NCBI GenBank assembly: GCA_963782055.1
Contig: CAWAIF010000003.1
Span: 3,136,001 to 3,200,000 of the forward strand
DNA length: 64,000 bases
Direction: 5' to 3'
DNA from: an uncultured delta proteobacterium
GTDB taxonomy: Bacteria; Myxococcota_A; Polyangia; Polyangiales; Polyangiaceae
In this document: one piece after another, positions 37,694-48,196 of the stretch
Numbering within the stretch: position 1 is the first letter of the stretch
Layout of the letters: each line of letters begins with the position of its first letter
Notes under the pieces: generated by a model
What the model saw: the letters and a program-made list of their open reading frames with translations, nothing else
Database searches by the model: none
What the model was told of the DNA's origin: nothing
Position numbers and translations under genes: made by a program

Positions 37694-39208
37694 ATGTCCT
37701 CCCGCTACGAGCCTGTCATCGGCCTCGAGGTCCACGCCCAGCTCCTGACGGCGACCAAGGCCTTCTGCTCCTGCCCGACGACCTTCGGCGCGCCGCCCAA
37801 CACGCACGTCTGCCCCACCTGCCTGGGCCTGCCCGGCGCGCTGCCTGTCCTCAACGCGCGCGCGGTGGAGTTCGCGGTGCGGGCGGCGCTGGCGATGGGC
37901 TGCACCCTGCGCCGGGAGAGCCGCTTCGCCCGCAAGAACTACTTCTACCCGGACCTGCCGAAGGGCTACCAGATCAGCCAGTTCGACGAGCCCTTCAGCG
38001 AGCGTGGACACCTGGACATCGAGGTGCCGGTGGACCCCGCGTCGACTGAGGTCCCGCGCTTCGCGCGGGCCGACGGCCCGAAGGGCACGACGAAGGACGA
38101 GGCGGCGCCGAAGGAGACGCGCCGCATCCGCATCACGCGCATCCACATGGAGGAGGACGCCGGCAAGAACTTCCACGACCGCGGCGACGACTCCATCGTC
38201 GACCTGAACCGCTCCGGCGTCGCGCTCGTCGAGATCGTGGGCGAGCCGGACCTGCGCAGCGGCGCGGAGGCGGCGGAGTACCTGCGCACCCTGCGCGAGG
38301 TGCTCATCTTCCTGGGCATCAACGACGGCAACCTGGAGGAGGGCTCCTTCCGCTGCGACGCCAACGTCTCCATCCGGCCGAAGGGGCAGGAGAAGTTCGG
38401 CACCCGCGTGGAGCTCAAGAACATCAACTCCTTCCGGTTCGTGCAGAAGGCCATCGAGCACGAGATCCTGCGGCAGGAGGCGGTGCTGGAGTCCGGCGGC
38501 AGGATCACGATGGAGACGCGCGGCTGGGACGAGAAGGAGGGCAGGACCTTCTCCCTGCGCAGCAAGGAGACAGCGCAGGACTACCGCTACTTCCCCGAGC
38601 CGGACCTCTTGCCCCTGGTGCTGGAGGAGGCCTTCGTCGCCCAGGTGAAGGCGCAGATGCCCGAGCTGCCGCGCGCCAAGCGCGCCCGCTTCATCGCCGA
38701 GCACGGCATCACCCCCTACGCGGCCCAGGTGCTCACCCAGCACCCGCGCGTCGCGGGCTTCTTCGAGGAGGCGGCCACCCTCCACGGCGACGGCACCAAG
38801 GTGTCCAACTTCGTGCAGAGCGAGGTGCTGCGCGACGTGACGACACGCGGCCTCTCGGCGGACTTCCCGGTCACGCCGCGGCAGGTGGCGGACCTGCTGC
38901 GCCTGGTGGACTCGGGCAAGATCAGCGGCAAGCAGGCCAAGGAGGTCTACGCCGCGGTGAAGGGCACCGAGCGCGGGCCGGAGGAGGTCGTGCGCGATCT
39001 CGGCATGGAGCAGGTGAGCGACTCCGGCGCCATCGAGGCGGTCGTGCGCGAGATCGTGGAGAAGAACCCGAAGCAGGCGGAGGCCCTGAAGGGCGGCAAG
39101 ACGGGGCTGATGGGCTTCTTCGTCGGGCAGGTGATGAAGGCGACGAAGGGCAGCGCCAACCCGCAGATGGTCAACGACGCGGTGAAGAAGGTGCTCGGCC
39201 TGCCATGA
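37694..39208 (+). CDS. gatB: Asp/Glu-tRNA amidotransferase subunit B
   Basis: IGLEVHAQL, RKNYFYPDLPKGYQISQ, HMEEDAGK, RCDANVS, DYRYFPEPD. Confidence 0.98.
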   Translation: MSSRYEPVIGLEVHAQLLTATKAFCSCPTTFGAPPNTHVCPTCLGLPGALPVLNARAVEFAVRAALAMGCTLRRESRFARKNYFYPDLPKGYQISQFDEPFSERGHLDIEVPVDPASTEVPRFARADGPKGTTKDEAAPKETRRIRITRIHMEEDAGKNFHDRGDDSIVDLNRSGVALVEIVGEPDLRSGAEAAEYLRTLREVLIFLGINDGNLEEGSFRCDANVSIRPKGQEKFGTRVELKNINSFRFVQKAIEHEILRQEAVLESGGRITMETRGWDEKEGRTFSLRSKETAQDYRYFPEPDLLPLVLEEAFVAQVKAQMPELPRAKRARFIAEHGITPYAAQVLTQHPRVAGFFEEAATLHGDGTKVSNFVQSEVLRDVTTRGLSADFPVTPRQVADLLRLVDSGKISGKQAKEVYAAVKGTERGPEEVVRDLGMEQVSDSGAIEAVVREIVEKNPKQAEALKGGKTGLMGFFVGQVMKATKGSANPQMVNDAVKKVLGLP

Positions 39209-40731
39209 ACCCCCCCGAGGCCCCGCCCGCCCGCGTGCTCATCGTGGACGACAACGCGGACCTCGCCGGCACGCTGCGCGACGTGCTCCTCGCGGGCAAC
39301 CGCGGGGAGGCCCCGCTGGAGGTGGACACCGCCCAGGACGGCGCGCACGCGCTGGGCGTGGCGCGCAAGCACGGCTTCGACGTGGCGCTGGTGGACGTGA
39401 AGCTCCCCGACGGCAGCGGCGTCGATCTCATCCGCCCGCTCCGCGAGGCGAACCCCAACAGCGAGGTGGTGCTCATCACCGGCTTCGCCAGCATGGACGC
39501 GGCGATCGCCGCGCTCCGCGCCGGGGCGTTCGCGATGATCCTCAAGTCCTTCCGGCCCGACGAGCTCATCACGACGGTGCGGCAGGCCCTGACGAAGGCC
39601 CGGCTCCAGCGCGAGCGTGAGGAGCTGGAGGGCCGCTACCGCGCGGTGGTGGAGCTCACCGACGTCGTCGTCGTCGCCCTGGACGCCGCGGGCAAGGTGG
39701 CGCTCTTCAACCGGCGCGCCGCCTCCCTCGCCGGCGTGCCGGTCGAGGACGCCATCGGCCGCGACTTCCTGGAGAGCTGGATCCCCGAGGGCGACCGTCC
39801 TCGGCTGCGCGAGGCCTTCCAGCTCGCGCGGGAGGGGGAGCGGGCCCGGGACGTGGAGACGGGGTTCGTGGAGGCCCCGAGCGGGGTTGCGGCGCCCGCG
39901 GTGACCGCCGGCGGGCACCAGGCCTCCCGCCCAGGCCCGCGCCGGGTGCGCTGGCACCTCTCCGGACCGGGGGAGGAGGGCGCCGCCGGCCTGGTCTACG
40001 GCATCGGGATCGACGTGACGGAGCGGCGCGCCCTGGAGAAGCGGGCGGCGGACGCCGAGGCGCTCTCGGCCATGGGCACGCTCGCCCTCAACCTCGCCCA
40101 CGAGATCCGCAACCCGCTCAACGCCGCGGTGCTGCAGCTCCACCTCCTCGGCCGGCACGTGGACAAGCTCGGCGCGGACGACGAGACGCGCACGAGCCTG
40201 CACCGCCGGCTGGACATCGTCGGCGACGAGATCGCGCGGCTCAACCGCCTGCTCACCGAGTTCCTGGAGCTCGCGCGGCCGCGGGGCATCGCGCGGGGGC
40301 CGGTGCACGTGAGCGAGCTGGTCGACGGGGTGCTGCAGCTCGAGCGGGAGTCGGCGGAGTCGCGCGGCATCCGGGTGGTGCGGGAGCTGGCGCCCACCGC
40401 CGTCGCCATCGGCGACGTGGAGAAGCTCAAGCAGGTGGTCATCAACCTGGTCGTCAACGCCATGGAGGCGATGAAGGACGGCGGGACGCTCACCGCCGTG
40501 GCGCGTCCGGACGGGGACGCGGTGATCATCGAGATCCGGGACACCGGGCCGGGGATCGAGCCGGCGTTCTTGAACCAGATCTTCGACCCGTTCTTCACGA
40601 CGAAGGAGGCCGGCACCGGCCTGGGCCTCTCCATCGTCCGGAAGATCGTGGACCAGCACGCCGGCGACGTGCGGATCACCAGCGACAAGGGCGGCACGCG
40701 CGTGCGCGTGCGCATCCCCCCCGGCCGGTGA
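39205..40731 (+). CDS. hybrid receiver-PAS-histidine kinase
   Basis: VLIVDD..LVDVKLPD receiver; PAS (FNRRA..G); AHEIRNPL, NLVVNA, DTGPG, FTTK..GTGLGL. Confidence 0.93.
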   Translation: MNPPEAPPARVLIVDDNADLAGTLRDVLLAGNRGEAPLEVDTAQDGAHALGVARKHGFDVALVDVKLPDGSGVDLIRPLREANPNSEVVLITGFASMDAAIAALRAGAFAMILKSFRPDELITTVRQALTKARLQREREELEGRYRAVVELTDVVVVALDAAGKVALFNRRAASLAGVPVEDAIGRDFLESWIPEGDRPRLREAFQLAREGERARDVETGFVEAPSGVAAPAVTAGGHQASRPGPRRVRWHLSGPGEEGAAGLVYGIGIDVTERRALEKRAADAEALSAMGTLALNLAHEIRNPLNAAVLQLHLLGRHVDKLGADDETRTSLHRRLDIVGDEIARLNRLLTEFLELARPRGIARGPVHVSELVDGVLQLERESAESRGIRVVRELAPTAVAIGDVEKLKQVVINLVVNAMEAMKDGGTLTAVARPDGDAVIIEIRDTGPGIEPAFLNQIFDPFFTTKEAGTGLGLSIVRKIVDQHAGDVRITSDKGGTRVRVRIPPGR

Positions 40732-40734
40732 AGG

Positions 40735-41448
40735 CTACATCCGGCCGGGCGGCTTGAGCGGCAGCACCGGCGTGGAGATGGGTGCAGCAGGGACCTTGCC
40801 GCTCTCCAGCTTGAGGGCGCTGCCCGGGGCCTCCGGGATGGCCTCCAGCGTGAGGAGCGCGTTGATGAGGCGATCCATGCCGAAGTCCAGCGCGGCCTCC
40901 TTCAAGAACACCTGCGTGATGCGCACCAGGCGCAGGCTGGTGGTCTTGCCGAGGTCCATCTCCCGCTCGAGGAAGGCCTCGAAGGAGCCGAAGCCCTTGG
41001 CCTCGTAGAGCTTGCGGGCCTGGACCTCGCGAAGGATGTTGCCGATGTCGTAGAACGTCTTGTGGAGGTTCTTGCGCATCGCCTTGATCTGCGTGAGGGC
41101 GTTGTGCAGCTCGGCGATGCGGGCCTTGATGTCCTCCGCGCCCGTGGGGGTGCGGATGGTGGCGCGCGCGCTGCCGGGCAGCGGTGGCTCGGCCGCGCGG
41201 GCACGGGCCTCCGCCGCGTGCTTGGCGGCGTGCCGGGCCGCCCACGGGGCAGCGCCCCGCAGGCCCAGCTTCCGCTTGCCGGCCTTGGGGTCCTGCGCCG
41301 CAGCGCCGGACTTGCCCTTCGCCCCGGACTTCGCCTTGGCCGCAGTCGGCTTGGCGACGGGCTTCGCCGCCTTCTTCGCCGCCTTCTTGGCCGGTTTCAC
41401 CGGCTTCGCCGGCGCCTTGCCCTTGGCTTTCTTCTTCTTGCTCGCCAT
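40735..41448 (-). CDS. hypothetical protein with Lys/Ala-rich histone-like N-terminus
   Basis: MASKKKKAKGKAPAKP...; helical core FYDIGNILREV...FGSFEAFLERE. Confidence 0.8.
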   Translation of the reverse strand: MASKKKKAKGKAPAKPVKPAKKAAKKAAKPVAKPTAAKAKSGAKGKSGAAAQDPKAGKRKLGLRGAAPWAARHAAKHAAEARARAAEPPLPGSARATIRTPTGAEDIKARIAELHNALTQIKAMRKNLHKTFYDIGNILREVQARKLYEAKGFGSFEAFLEREMDLGKTTSLRLVRITQVFLKEAALDFGMDRLINALLTLEAIPEAPGSALKLESGKVPAAPISTPVLPLKPPGRM

Positions 41449-41668
41449 GACGTTCTCGTTCTACGCGCCCTTTGGGCCATCGGCCCGCGCAAGCGCGGGA
41501 CCTCAGTCGCGCCCGATGGCCCGCGGAGCGAACGCCGCCGAGGATGACCAGGCCCCACTCCGTCGGTGCCCATGCGACACCTACGCGCCCCTTACCAGAA
41601 CGTCACACACCGCGTCCAGAAAACACTCTTGCTGCGGATGCAGGGGAGCGGTCACCATCACGCCGCGC

Positions 41669-42640
41669 ATGGCAACCTTCACCCGTCCGGAGCCTGCAGA
41701 CCTCGCGCGATTTGTCCGGAGTTATGGCATCCAGAAGTATGAGCAATTTCAATCAATTCCAGCTGGAAGTGTAAACAGTAACTTCAGCTTCGTCGCGGGC
41801 GACGAGAAGGCCTTCCTGCGTGTCTACGAGGAGCAGGATCACGCCGGTGCGGTGCGTGAGGCGGCGCTGCTCCGGACGCTCGCCGCTCGAGGGGTGCGCA
41901 TCGTCGCTCCACGCCTCGCGACCGACGGCACGCCGGTGGGCACCCTCGGCGGCAAGCCCGCCGCCATCTTCCGTTGGGTGGAGGGGACGATGGCCTGCCA
42001 GCGCGCCGTCTCGACGGGACGCGCGCGCGCGGTGGGGAAGGCGCTGGCGCGGGTGCACGCCGCGGGGGCCGGCATCGAGGTGGGGGGGGGCCGCTTCCGG
42101 CCCTCCGACCTGCGCGGGCGGCTCTCCAGGATCGGCGCCGACCCGCGGTTCGCGGGGGAGGCGGTGGGGCTGCGGGCCGCGCTGGCGCGCTGGGAGGTGC
42201 GCCGCGACGACTCCCTGCCGCGCGGTCTGATCCACGGCGATCTCTTCCGCGACAACGTCCTGTGGCGCGGCGAGCAGAGCGAGGAGATCGTGGCGCTGCT
42301 GGACTTCGAGAGCGCCTCGGAGGGCGTCTGGGCCTACGACCTGATGGTGACCGTGCTCGCCTGGTGCTTCGGCGACCGCCTGGACGCCGCGCTCGCCCGG
42401 GCCCTGGTGGCGGGCTACGCGTCGGTCCGGCCGCTGGAGCCGGCGGAGGGGGCGGGGCTGCTCGCCGAGGGATGCCTCGCCGCCCTCCGCTTCACCATCA
42501 CCCGCATCACCGACTACGCGATGCGCGGCGAGGCGGATGGCCCGCGAGTGATGAAGGACTGGCGCCGCTTCCGCGCGCGCTTCGAGGCGCTGGAGGCCCT
42601 GGGGGACGGGGGCCTGGCCGCCCTGCTGGCGGCCGGCTGA
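41669..42640 (+). CDS. thrB: homoserine kinase type II (APH-like)
   Basis: GSVNSNF, LPRGLIHGDLFRDNVL, LLDFE, AALRF. Confidence 0.85.
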   Translation: MATFTRPEPADLARFVRSYGIQKYEQFQSIPAGSVNSNFSFVAGDEKAFLRVYEEQDHAGAVREAALLRTLAARGVRIVAPRLATDGTPVGTLGGKPAAIFRWVEGTMACQRAVSTGRARAVGKALARVHAAGAGIEVGGGRFRPSDLRGRLSRIGADPRFAGEAVGLRAALARWEVRRDDSLPRGLIHGDLFRDNVLWRGEQSEEIVALLDFESASEGVWAYDLMVTVLAWCFGDRLDAALARALVAGYASVRPLEPAEGAGLLAEGCLAALRFTITRITDYAMRGEADGPRVMKDWRRFRARFEALEALGDGGLAALLAAG

Positions 42641-42689
42641 GCGTCGGCGGGCGCGCCTCCGGAGCGGCGGACCGCAAGCTTGCTTGCAA

Positions 42690-44535
42690 TCAGGCGCTCG
42701 GGGCCGCCTCGGCGGGGGGAGGGGTGGCTGCCTCCGGGGCGACGCGCACCCGCTCCGTCGTGGCCCAGAGCATCGCCCGCATGTCCTCCAGCTTCTTCTT
42801 GGCGGACTCCACGTGGGTGGCCTGCGCCTCCACCGTCTTGCGGGCGGTCTCCTCGTCCTGCTCGCCGCTCGCCTTGGCCGTCTGCGCGGCGCGGAGCACC
42901 TCCAGCACCTCGCGGTGAAGCTCCACGCTGGCGGTGATGACCCAGCTGTCCAGCTTGCCGGCGAAGTCGTCGATGATCTCGTCCATCTTGGGGCCGACCT
43001 TCGCCGCCACCTGGCGCACGACATCCGGCGCCATCTCCTTGGCCTTCTTCTTGTATTCGCCCTCGATCTTGCCCTTGAGCAGGTAGGCGACCACCGGCGC
43101 GGCGGCGATGAGCAGGCCGCCGAGCATCAGGTTGACGAAGAGGGTGCCCAGGCCCACCGCGAAGAGGGCGGTGATGCCCATGTCGTACTGGAAGGTGTCC
43201 ACCTGGACGTCCAGGCGCTTCACGTCGGCGCCGAGCGCATCGCCCACACGGCGCGTGGCGTCATGGGCGTCCTCGCGGACCAGGGCGATGGTGCGCTCGG
43301 TCAGCTCCTCCAGCTTGCCGGCGATCTCCTTGGACTCCGACTCCGCCCAGGTGCGGAAGGTGTCTTCCAAGAAGGAGGGCAAGAACTGCTTGAGCTCGTC
43401 ACCCTTGGCGTTGTCGATGACGTCGGGGAGCTGGCGGATGACGTCGTCGACGAAGCGATCCAGGTCCTTGCGGGCGCCGACCTTGATGCCCATGACCTCT
43501 TCCCGGATCTGCGTGCGGCGCTGCTCCAGCGTGCCGGCCTGACCCTCCAGGTCCTTCTCCAACATGCCGATGCGGCGCTCGAGCTCCTCCGCCTTCATGT
43601 CCAGGGTCCGGCGGCGGGCGTCGACTCCCTTGGAGAGCAGCTCGGTCACCTGCAGGCCCTCGCCCAGGGCGTTGTCCAGCATGATGCGGCCGCGCTCCTC
43701 CGCGAGGAAGCGCGTCAGGTAGGTGAGCAGCGCTGGCAGGCCGCTCGCCTCGCCCTTGCCGGCGAGCGCCATCTCGGCGCTGATGGGGAACACGACGGGA
43801 TCGCGCACGAGCTGGGCGAGCTTGCCCTTGGCATAGGCGAGGGCCTCGGCCTGCTCCGCCTCGCTCAGCAGGTCCCACTTGGTGATGACGAAGACGATCT
43901 TGTCGCGGGAGGCCTTGAGGAGCTTCTCCTCCAGGAAGACGCGCTCGCTCTCCTTGAGGATCTGGCCGGCGTCGAGCAGGAAGAGCACGGCATCCGCCCG
44001 CGGGATGTAGCTGTAGGTGATGTCCGCGCGCTGCAGGGAGAGGTCGTTGACGCCTGGGGTGTCGACCAGCAGGATGCGCTCGCGCAGCAGCGCCGCGGGG
44101 TAGCCCACCTCCAAGTAGTCGACCTCCTCCGCGTGCTCGCGGTCGCCACCGACGGAGAAGGCGCGCACGTCGGCGAAGGGCAGGGGCTCGCGCTTGCCCG
44201 AGACGAACACGACGGTGGCCTCCGGCGTCTCGGCGTAGCGCAGGTGGTGGATGGCGGCGGTCGTCGGCGTGACGCCGGTGGGGAGCGCCTCGTGCCCGAG
44301 CAGGGCGTTCACGAAGGTGGACTTGCCGTGGTTGAACTCGCCCACCACCACGAGGTGAAAGCGGTCCTCCTCCAGCTTGCGAACCAGAATCCTTCTGCAC
44401 GCGCTCGCCGAGCGTCTTCGCGCCGAGGGACCGGGCGATGTCGCCCAGCTCCTGCAGGCCGACCGTGACGTCCAGCTTGCGCTCGCGGAAGCTCGCGAGG
44501 CCCTCCTTGATGGGGTTCTCCCCGTCGGTGCTCAT
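42690..44535 (-). pseudogene. bacterial dynamin-like GTPase with one frameshift near 44388
   Basis: GEFNHGKS, LPTGVTPTT, DTPGVND, TKWD; the N-terminal 49 codons from ATG 44535 are in another frame. May be a sequencing error. Confidence 0.8.
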
Positions 44536-45431
44536 CAGGCATCCCCCTTGAGCAGGGCGCGGACGCAATCGTCCACCTCCTGCATGGTGAGGCCGGCGCC
44601 CTCGAGGCCGGCCGCCTTCTTGTAGATGTCGCTCTCGCCGAAGACGCGCATCGCGAGCACGCGCTTGGGCAAGTACGGGTGCGAGGCGAACGCTTCCATG
44701 TACTTTCCGATGCCGTCCTTGCCCTCGTCGTACTGCTCGAGGAACGCCTCCAGGTTGAACTCCTCGTAGAGCTTGCGCGAGCCGAGCGCGAGCTTGGTGA
44801 GCGCGCGGGCGGAGACCTCGCTGCTGCGTGAGCAGAGCATGCCGGCGCGGTCGCAGGTGATCTCGGCGCGACGCGACCAGGCGAGCAGGGCGACGAGCGC
44901 GGGCTCCATGGCCCAGCGCACCACCGCGCCGGCGACGCGCGTCAGGAAGTTGAGCGCCGTCAGGTAGACGACGTGCGAGTTGTGGATGTGCCCGCACTCG
45001 TGGCCGATGACGGTCAGCAGCTCCTCGTCGGAGTAGTGATCGACGAGCGCCGAGTGCACCATGATGAAGGACTCCTCGTTCGTCCCGTAGGTGGCGGCGT
45101 TGAGGACCGGGCTGTTGACGATGTAGACCTGCGGCGTGGCGATCTGCAGGGTGTCGGAGCACTTCTGCACCAGGCGCTGGATGCGCGGAAACTGCCTGTC
45201 GGACACCTTGACGGCGCTGCCCAGGAGCTGATTGCGCCAGACCTGCTTCCACATGCGGACGGTGGCGGCGACGGCCATCTCCACCGGCTTCATCCGCTCG
45301 AAGGCGGCGCGCGTCTGCTTGTCGGAGATGTAGGCGTAGTCGCGGCCGGCGGCGAGGGCCTCGCTGCTGGGGCCCTCCGCGCGTTTGCGCGCGACATAGG
45401 CAGGGAAATCGAGCTGGGGTGCTTGCGCCAT
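44535..45431 (-). CDS. M48 family metallopeptidase
   Basis: LNAATYG, IGHECGHI, WSRRAEITCDRAG, SHP. Confidence 0.92.
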   Translation of the reverse strand: MAQAPQLDFPAYVARKRAEGPSSEALAAGRDYAYISDKQTRAAFERMKPVEMAVAATVRMWKQVWRNQLLGSAVKVSDRQFPRIQRLVQKCSDTLQIATPQVYIVNSPVLNAATYGTNEESFIMVHSALVDHYSDEELLTVIGHECGHIHNSHVVYLTALNFLTRVAGAVVRWAMEPALVALLAWSRRAEITCDRAGMLCSRSSEVSARALTKLALGSRKLYEEFNLEAFLEQYDEGKDGIGKYMEAFASHPYLPKRVLAMRVFGESDIYKKAAGLEGAGLTMQEVDDCVRALLKGDA

Positions 45432-45571
45432 GGGGCCCTCGGGTGCGGGGAAAAGTTCTTGCCGCGGCGACTAGCGTAACGACGGCGCGCCACAGCGGCA
45501 ACCCGCGGGGCGAGGTACGACGGTTCTGCAGACAACTACCGTCCGGCCCGCCCCTTTCTTCCCGGGGCGGC

Positions 45572-46594
45572 TCACTGCGTCTGGACCCCGCCCTGCTCGA
45601 AGGTGGTGGTCGTGGTGGGCGGGGCGAACGCTCCGGCCGCCCCCAGGACCGCCAGCGTGCCTCCGACGGCGCCTGCGCCCACGAGCGCCCACGTGGCCCA
45701 GGCGGGCCAGCGCGCGTGGTGGACCTCCGGCGGCAGGCCCTCGCTCCAGGCGGCGCGCGGGGCGAGGTCGATCTCGGTGCCGCACGCGGCCGCGTGGCAG
45801 AGCGCCACTCGCAGCGATCCGGGCGTGACCCCCGCGCGAGCCGCGACCCACGTCGGACACCGCACGCCGGCGGCCGCGATACCTCCGGCGCGAAAGGCTG
45901 CATTCTGCATGTCATCGGCGCTGCAGGCGGGGGCCGTGGGTAGCGCGACGGCGATGCGCGTCCTCGCCGCCACCGTCACCCAGCTCGCCCACACGACGGC
46001 GCCCTCGCGCGAGGCCCACACCAGGTGTCGGCCGGGCGGGGCGCGCAGAACACCTGGGCGTACCGCGCGACCGTCCCAGTAGACGGCGGCGTCGCCGGAG
46101 ACGTCCAGCGTCACCTTCGCCGGGGCCGCGGCGGGGTAGGCGTCCTCACCCACGCCCGCCACGCGCCCGCCGTCCAGCGCGGCGGCGGCCTCCCACGCGC
46201 GCGCGGCGCGGGCGGGATCGCGCGGGGCGAGCCGGCCGAAGCGCACCGACCACGCGCGGTCCACCTCCGCCATGAGCCACGCGGCCTCGGGCAGCTCGGG
46301 GTGGTCGAGCAGCAGCGCCTCCGCGCGGGCGAGATCGCGCTCCACAGCGTCGGAGTCCAGGCGGGTGGTGGCGTCGTGCGCGGCCTGCAGGTCCGCCTCG
46401 ACCGAGGTCGCGACCTTGGCGTCGACCGGCCGCGCCGGGACGCTGCCCTCGGCCGGTGGCGACAGACGAAGTCCGCGCGCGCTCGCCCACGCCGCGAGGG
46501 CGCGCGCGGCGTCGGCGTCGTGCGCGACGGCGTCGGTCCGCTCGACGCCGTTCGCCGCGGGGGCGTCCATCCACACCAGCGTGGCGTCGATCAC
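45572..46594 (-). CDS. hypothetical protein with PEGA-like segment and C-terminal TM helix
   Basis: GTG overlaps the bcp stop; AAVYWDG..PPGRH; C-terminal WATWALVGAG. Confidence 0.6.
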   Translation of the reverse strand: MIDATLVWMDAPAANGVERTDAVAHDADAARALAAWASARGLRLSPPAEGSVPARPVDAKVATSVEADLQAAHDATTRLDSDAVERDLARAEALLLDHPELPEAAWLMAEVDRAWSVRFGRLAPRDPARAARAWEAAAALDGGRVAGVGEDAYPAAAPAKVTLDVSGDAAVYWDGRAVRPGVLRAPPGRHLVWASREGAVVWASWVTVAARTRIAVALPTAPACSADDMQNAAFRAGGIAAAGVRCPTWVAARAGVTPGSLRVALCHAAACGTEIDLAPRAAWSEGLPPEVHHARWPAWATWALVGAGAVGGTLAVLGAAGAFAPPTTTTTFEQGGVQTQ

Positions 46595-47247
46595 GGCCGG
46601 GTCGCGGTGCGCTTCTTCGCCGGCTTCTTCGCTGCGGGCTTGGCGGCGAGCTTCCGCGCCGGCTTCGCCGCGACGCGCTTCGCGGGACGCGGGGGCTTGC
46701 GGGCCGGCTTCTTGGCGGTGGCCTTGCTGGCCGGTGCGCTCTTCTTCTTGCCGGCGGCGGCCTGGCCCGCGCCCTTGCCGGTGATCGCGGCGAGCACCGC
46801 CTCGGCGTGGCCGTCCACCTTCACACCACGCCACGCGCGCGCGATCGTGCCGTCCTCGTCGATGAGGAACGTGCTGCGGATGACCCCGAGCATCTTCCTG
46901 CCGTAGAGCACCTTCTCGCCGTAGGCGCCGAAGGCCTTGTGCGCCACGAGGTCAGGGTCGGACAGGAGCGGCACCTTCAGCCGGTACTTGTCGCGGAAGG
47001 CGCAGTGGCTGCTCACGCTGTCCTTCGAGACGCCCACGACCTCCGCCCCCGCCTTGCGGAACGCGGCCAGCTGGCTGCTGAACGCCTGAGCCTCCCGCGT
47101 GCAGCCGGGCGTGGAGTCCTTCGGGTAGAAGTACAGGACGAGCTTCTTGCCCGCGAAGTCGCGCAGCGAGACGCTCTTGCCGGAGCTCGAGACGAGCGAG
47201 AACGTCGGGGATGTGTCGCCGGCGGCGATGGATTGAGCCTGGGCCAT
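46591..47247 (-). CDS. bcp: peroxiredoxin BCP with basic C-terminal tail
   Basis: LYFYPKDSTPGCTREA, GVSKD, RSTFLID, VKVDGHA. Confidence 0.93.
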   Translation of the reverse strand: MAQAQSIAAGDTSPTFSLVSSSGKSVSLRDFAGKKLVLYFYPKDSTPGCTREAQAFSSQLAAFRKAGAEVVGVSKDSVSSHCAFRDKYRLKVPLLSDPDLVAHKAFGAYGEKVLYGRKMLGVIRSTFLIDEDGTIARAWRGVKVDGHAEAVLAAITGKGAGQAAAGKKKSAPASKATAKKPARKPPRPAKRVAAKPARKLAAKPAAKKPAKKRTATRP

Positions 47248-47416
47248 GATTCCTCTTTCCGCTCGAGGCGGCGAAAACGTAGACAACGGCGGGCGGCTGC
47301 GGCACCGTAGCTAGGATAGCCAGCGGTACGCCAGCCGAAGCGCGCGGAGGTTGTTCCGCGTGCCGAGACTCTCGGGGGGTGTCGGGGGTGAGCCCCCGAC
47401 CTTGAGGCCAGACAAC

Positions 47417-48196
47417 GTGCAGCTCAATTTCGCCGGTCGAGAAGTCACGATCAAGCTCGTTTATTACGGGCCCGCGCTCAGTGGAAAGACGACCAACCTC
47501 CGCGCGCTGCACGAGCTGACCAAGGACGACAGCCGCGGACGGCTGATGACCCTGGAGACGCGCGACGACCGCACGCTCTTCTTCGACATGCTGCCGCTCG
47601 TCTTCCGCGCCGACGGTCCCCCCTCCCCCAAGCCGGGGGAGCGCAGCTACACCCCGCTGGACCCGTCGACAGGCATGAGCGTGCGCCTGAAGGTGTTCAC
47701 CGTGCCCGGGCAGGTGCTGCACGGGGCGACGCGCCGGCTGGTGCTCCAGGGCGCCGACGGCGTCGCCTTCATCGCCGACTCGCAGATCACCGAGACGGAG
47801 AACAACGCCGCCTCCTTCCTCGACCTGCGCGCCAACCTGAAGGAGCTCAACCGCTCGCTGAAGGACATGCCGCTCGTCATCCAGTTCAACAAGCGCGACC
47901 TGCCGTCGATCCGCTCCGACGAGGAGCTCGGCGCGCTGGCGAAGGCGGGGCGCGAGCCGGTGTTCCGCGCCACCGCGGTGACGGGCGAGGGGGTGATGGA
48001 GACCTTCTTCGGCCTCCTGCACCTGGTGTGGACGCGGCTGGAGGCGGAGCACCAGCTCTCGCGCGTCATCGGCATCGAGCCGGACGAGTTCCTGCCCGTG
48101 GCGGCGCGCAAGCTGGGCATCAATCGCGACGTGTCCACCTACCTGCAGGCCTGCGTCGGGGGCCAGCTCCAGTTCTCGCGCCGGGAGCCGTCGTGA
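47417..48196 (+). CDS. MglA-family small GTPase
   Basis: KLVYYGPALSGKTTNL, DRTLFFD, TVPGQ, GADGVAFIADS, NKRD. Confidence 0.92.
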   Translation: MQLNFAGREVTIKLVYYGPALSGKTTNLRALHELTKDDSRGRLMTLETRDDRTLFFDMLPLVFRADGPPSPKPGERSYTPLDPSTGMSVRLKVFTVPGQVLHGATRRLVLQGADGVAFIADSQITETENNAASFLDLRANLKELNRSLKDMPLVIQFNKRDLPSIRSDEELGALAKAGREPVFRATAVTGEGVMETFFGLLHLVWTRLEAEHQLSRVIGIEPDEFLPVAARKLGINRDVSTYLQACVGGQLQFSRREPS

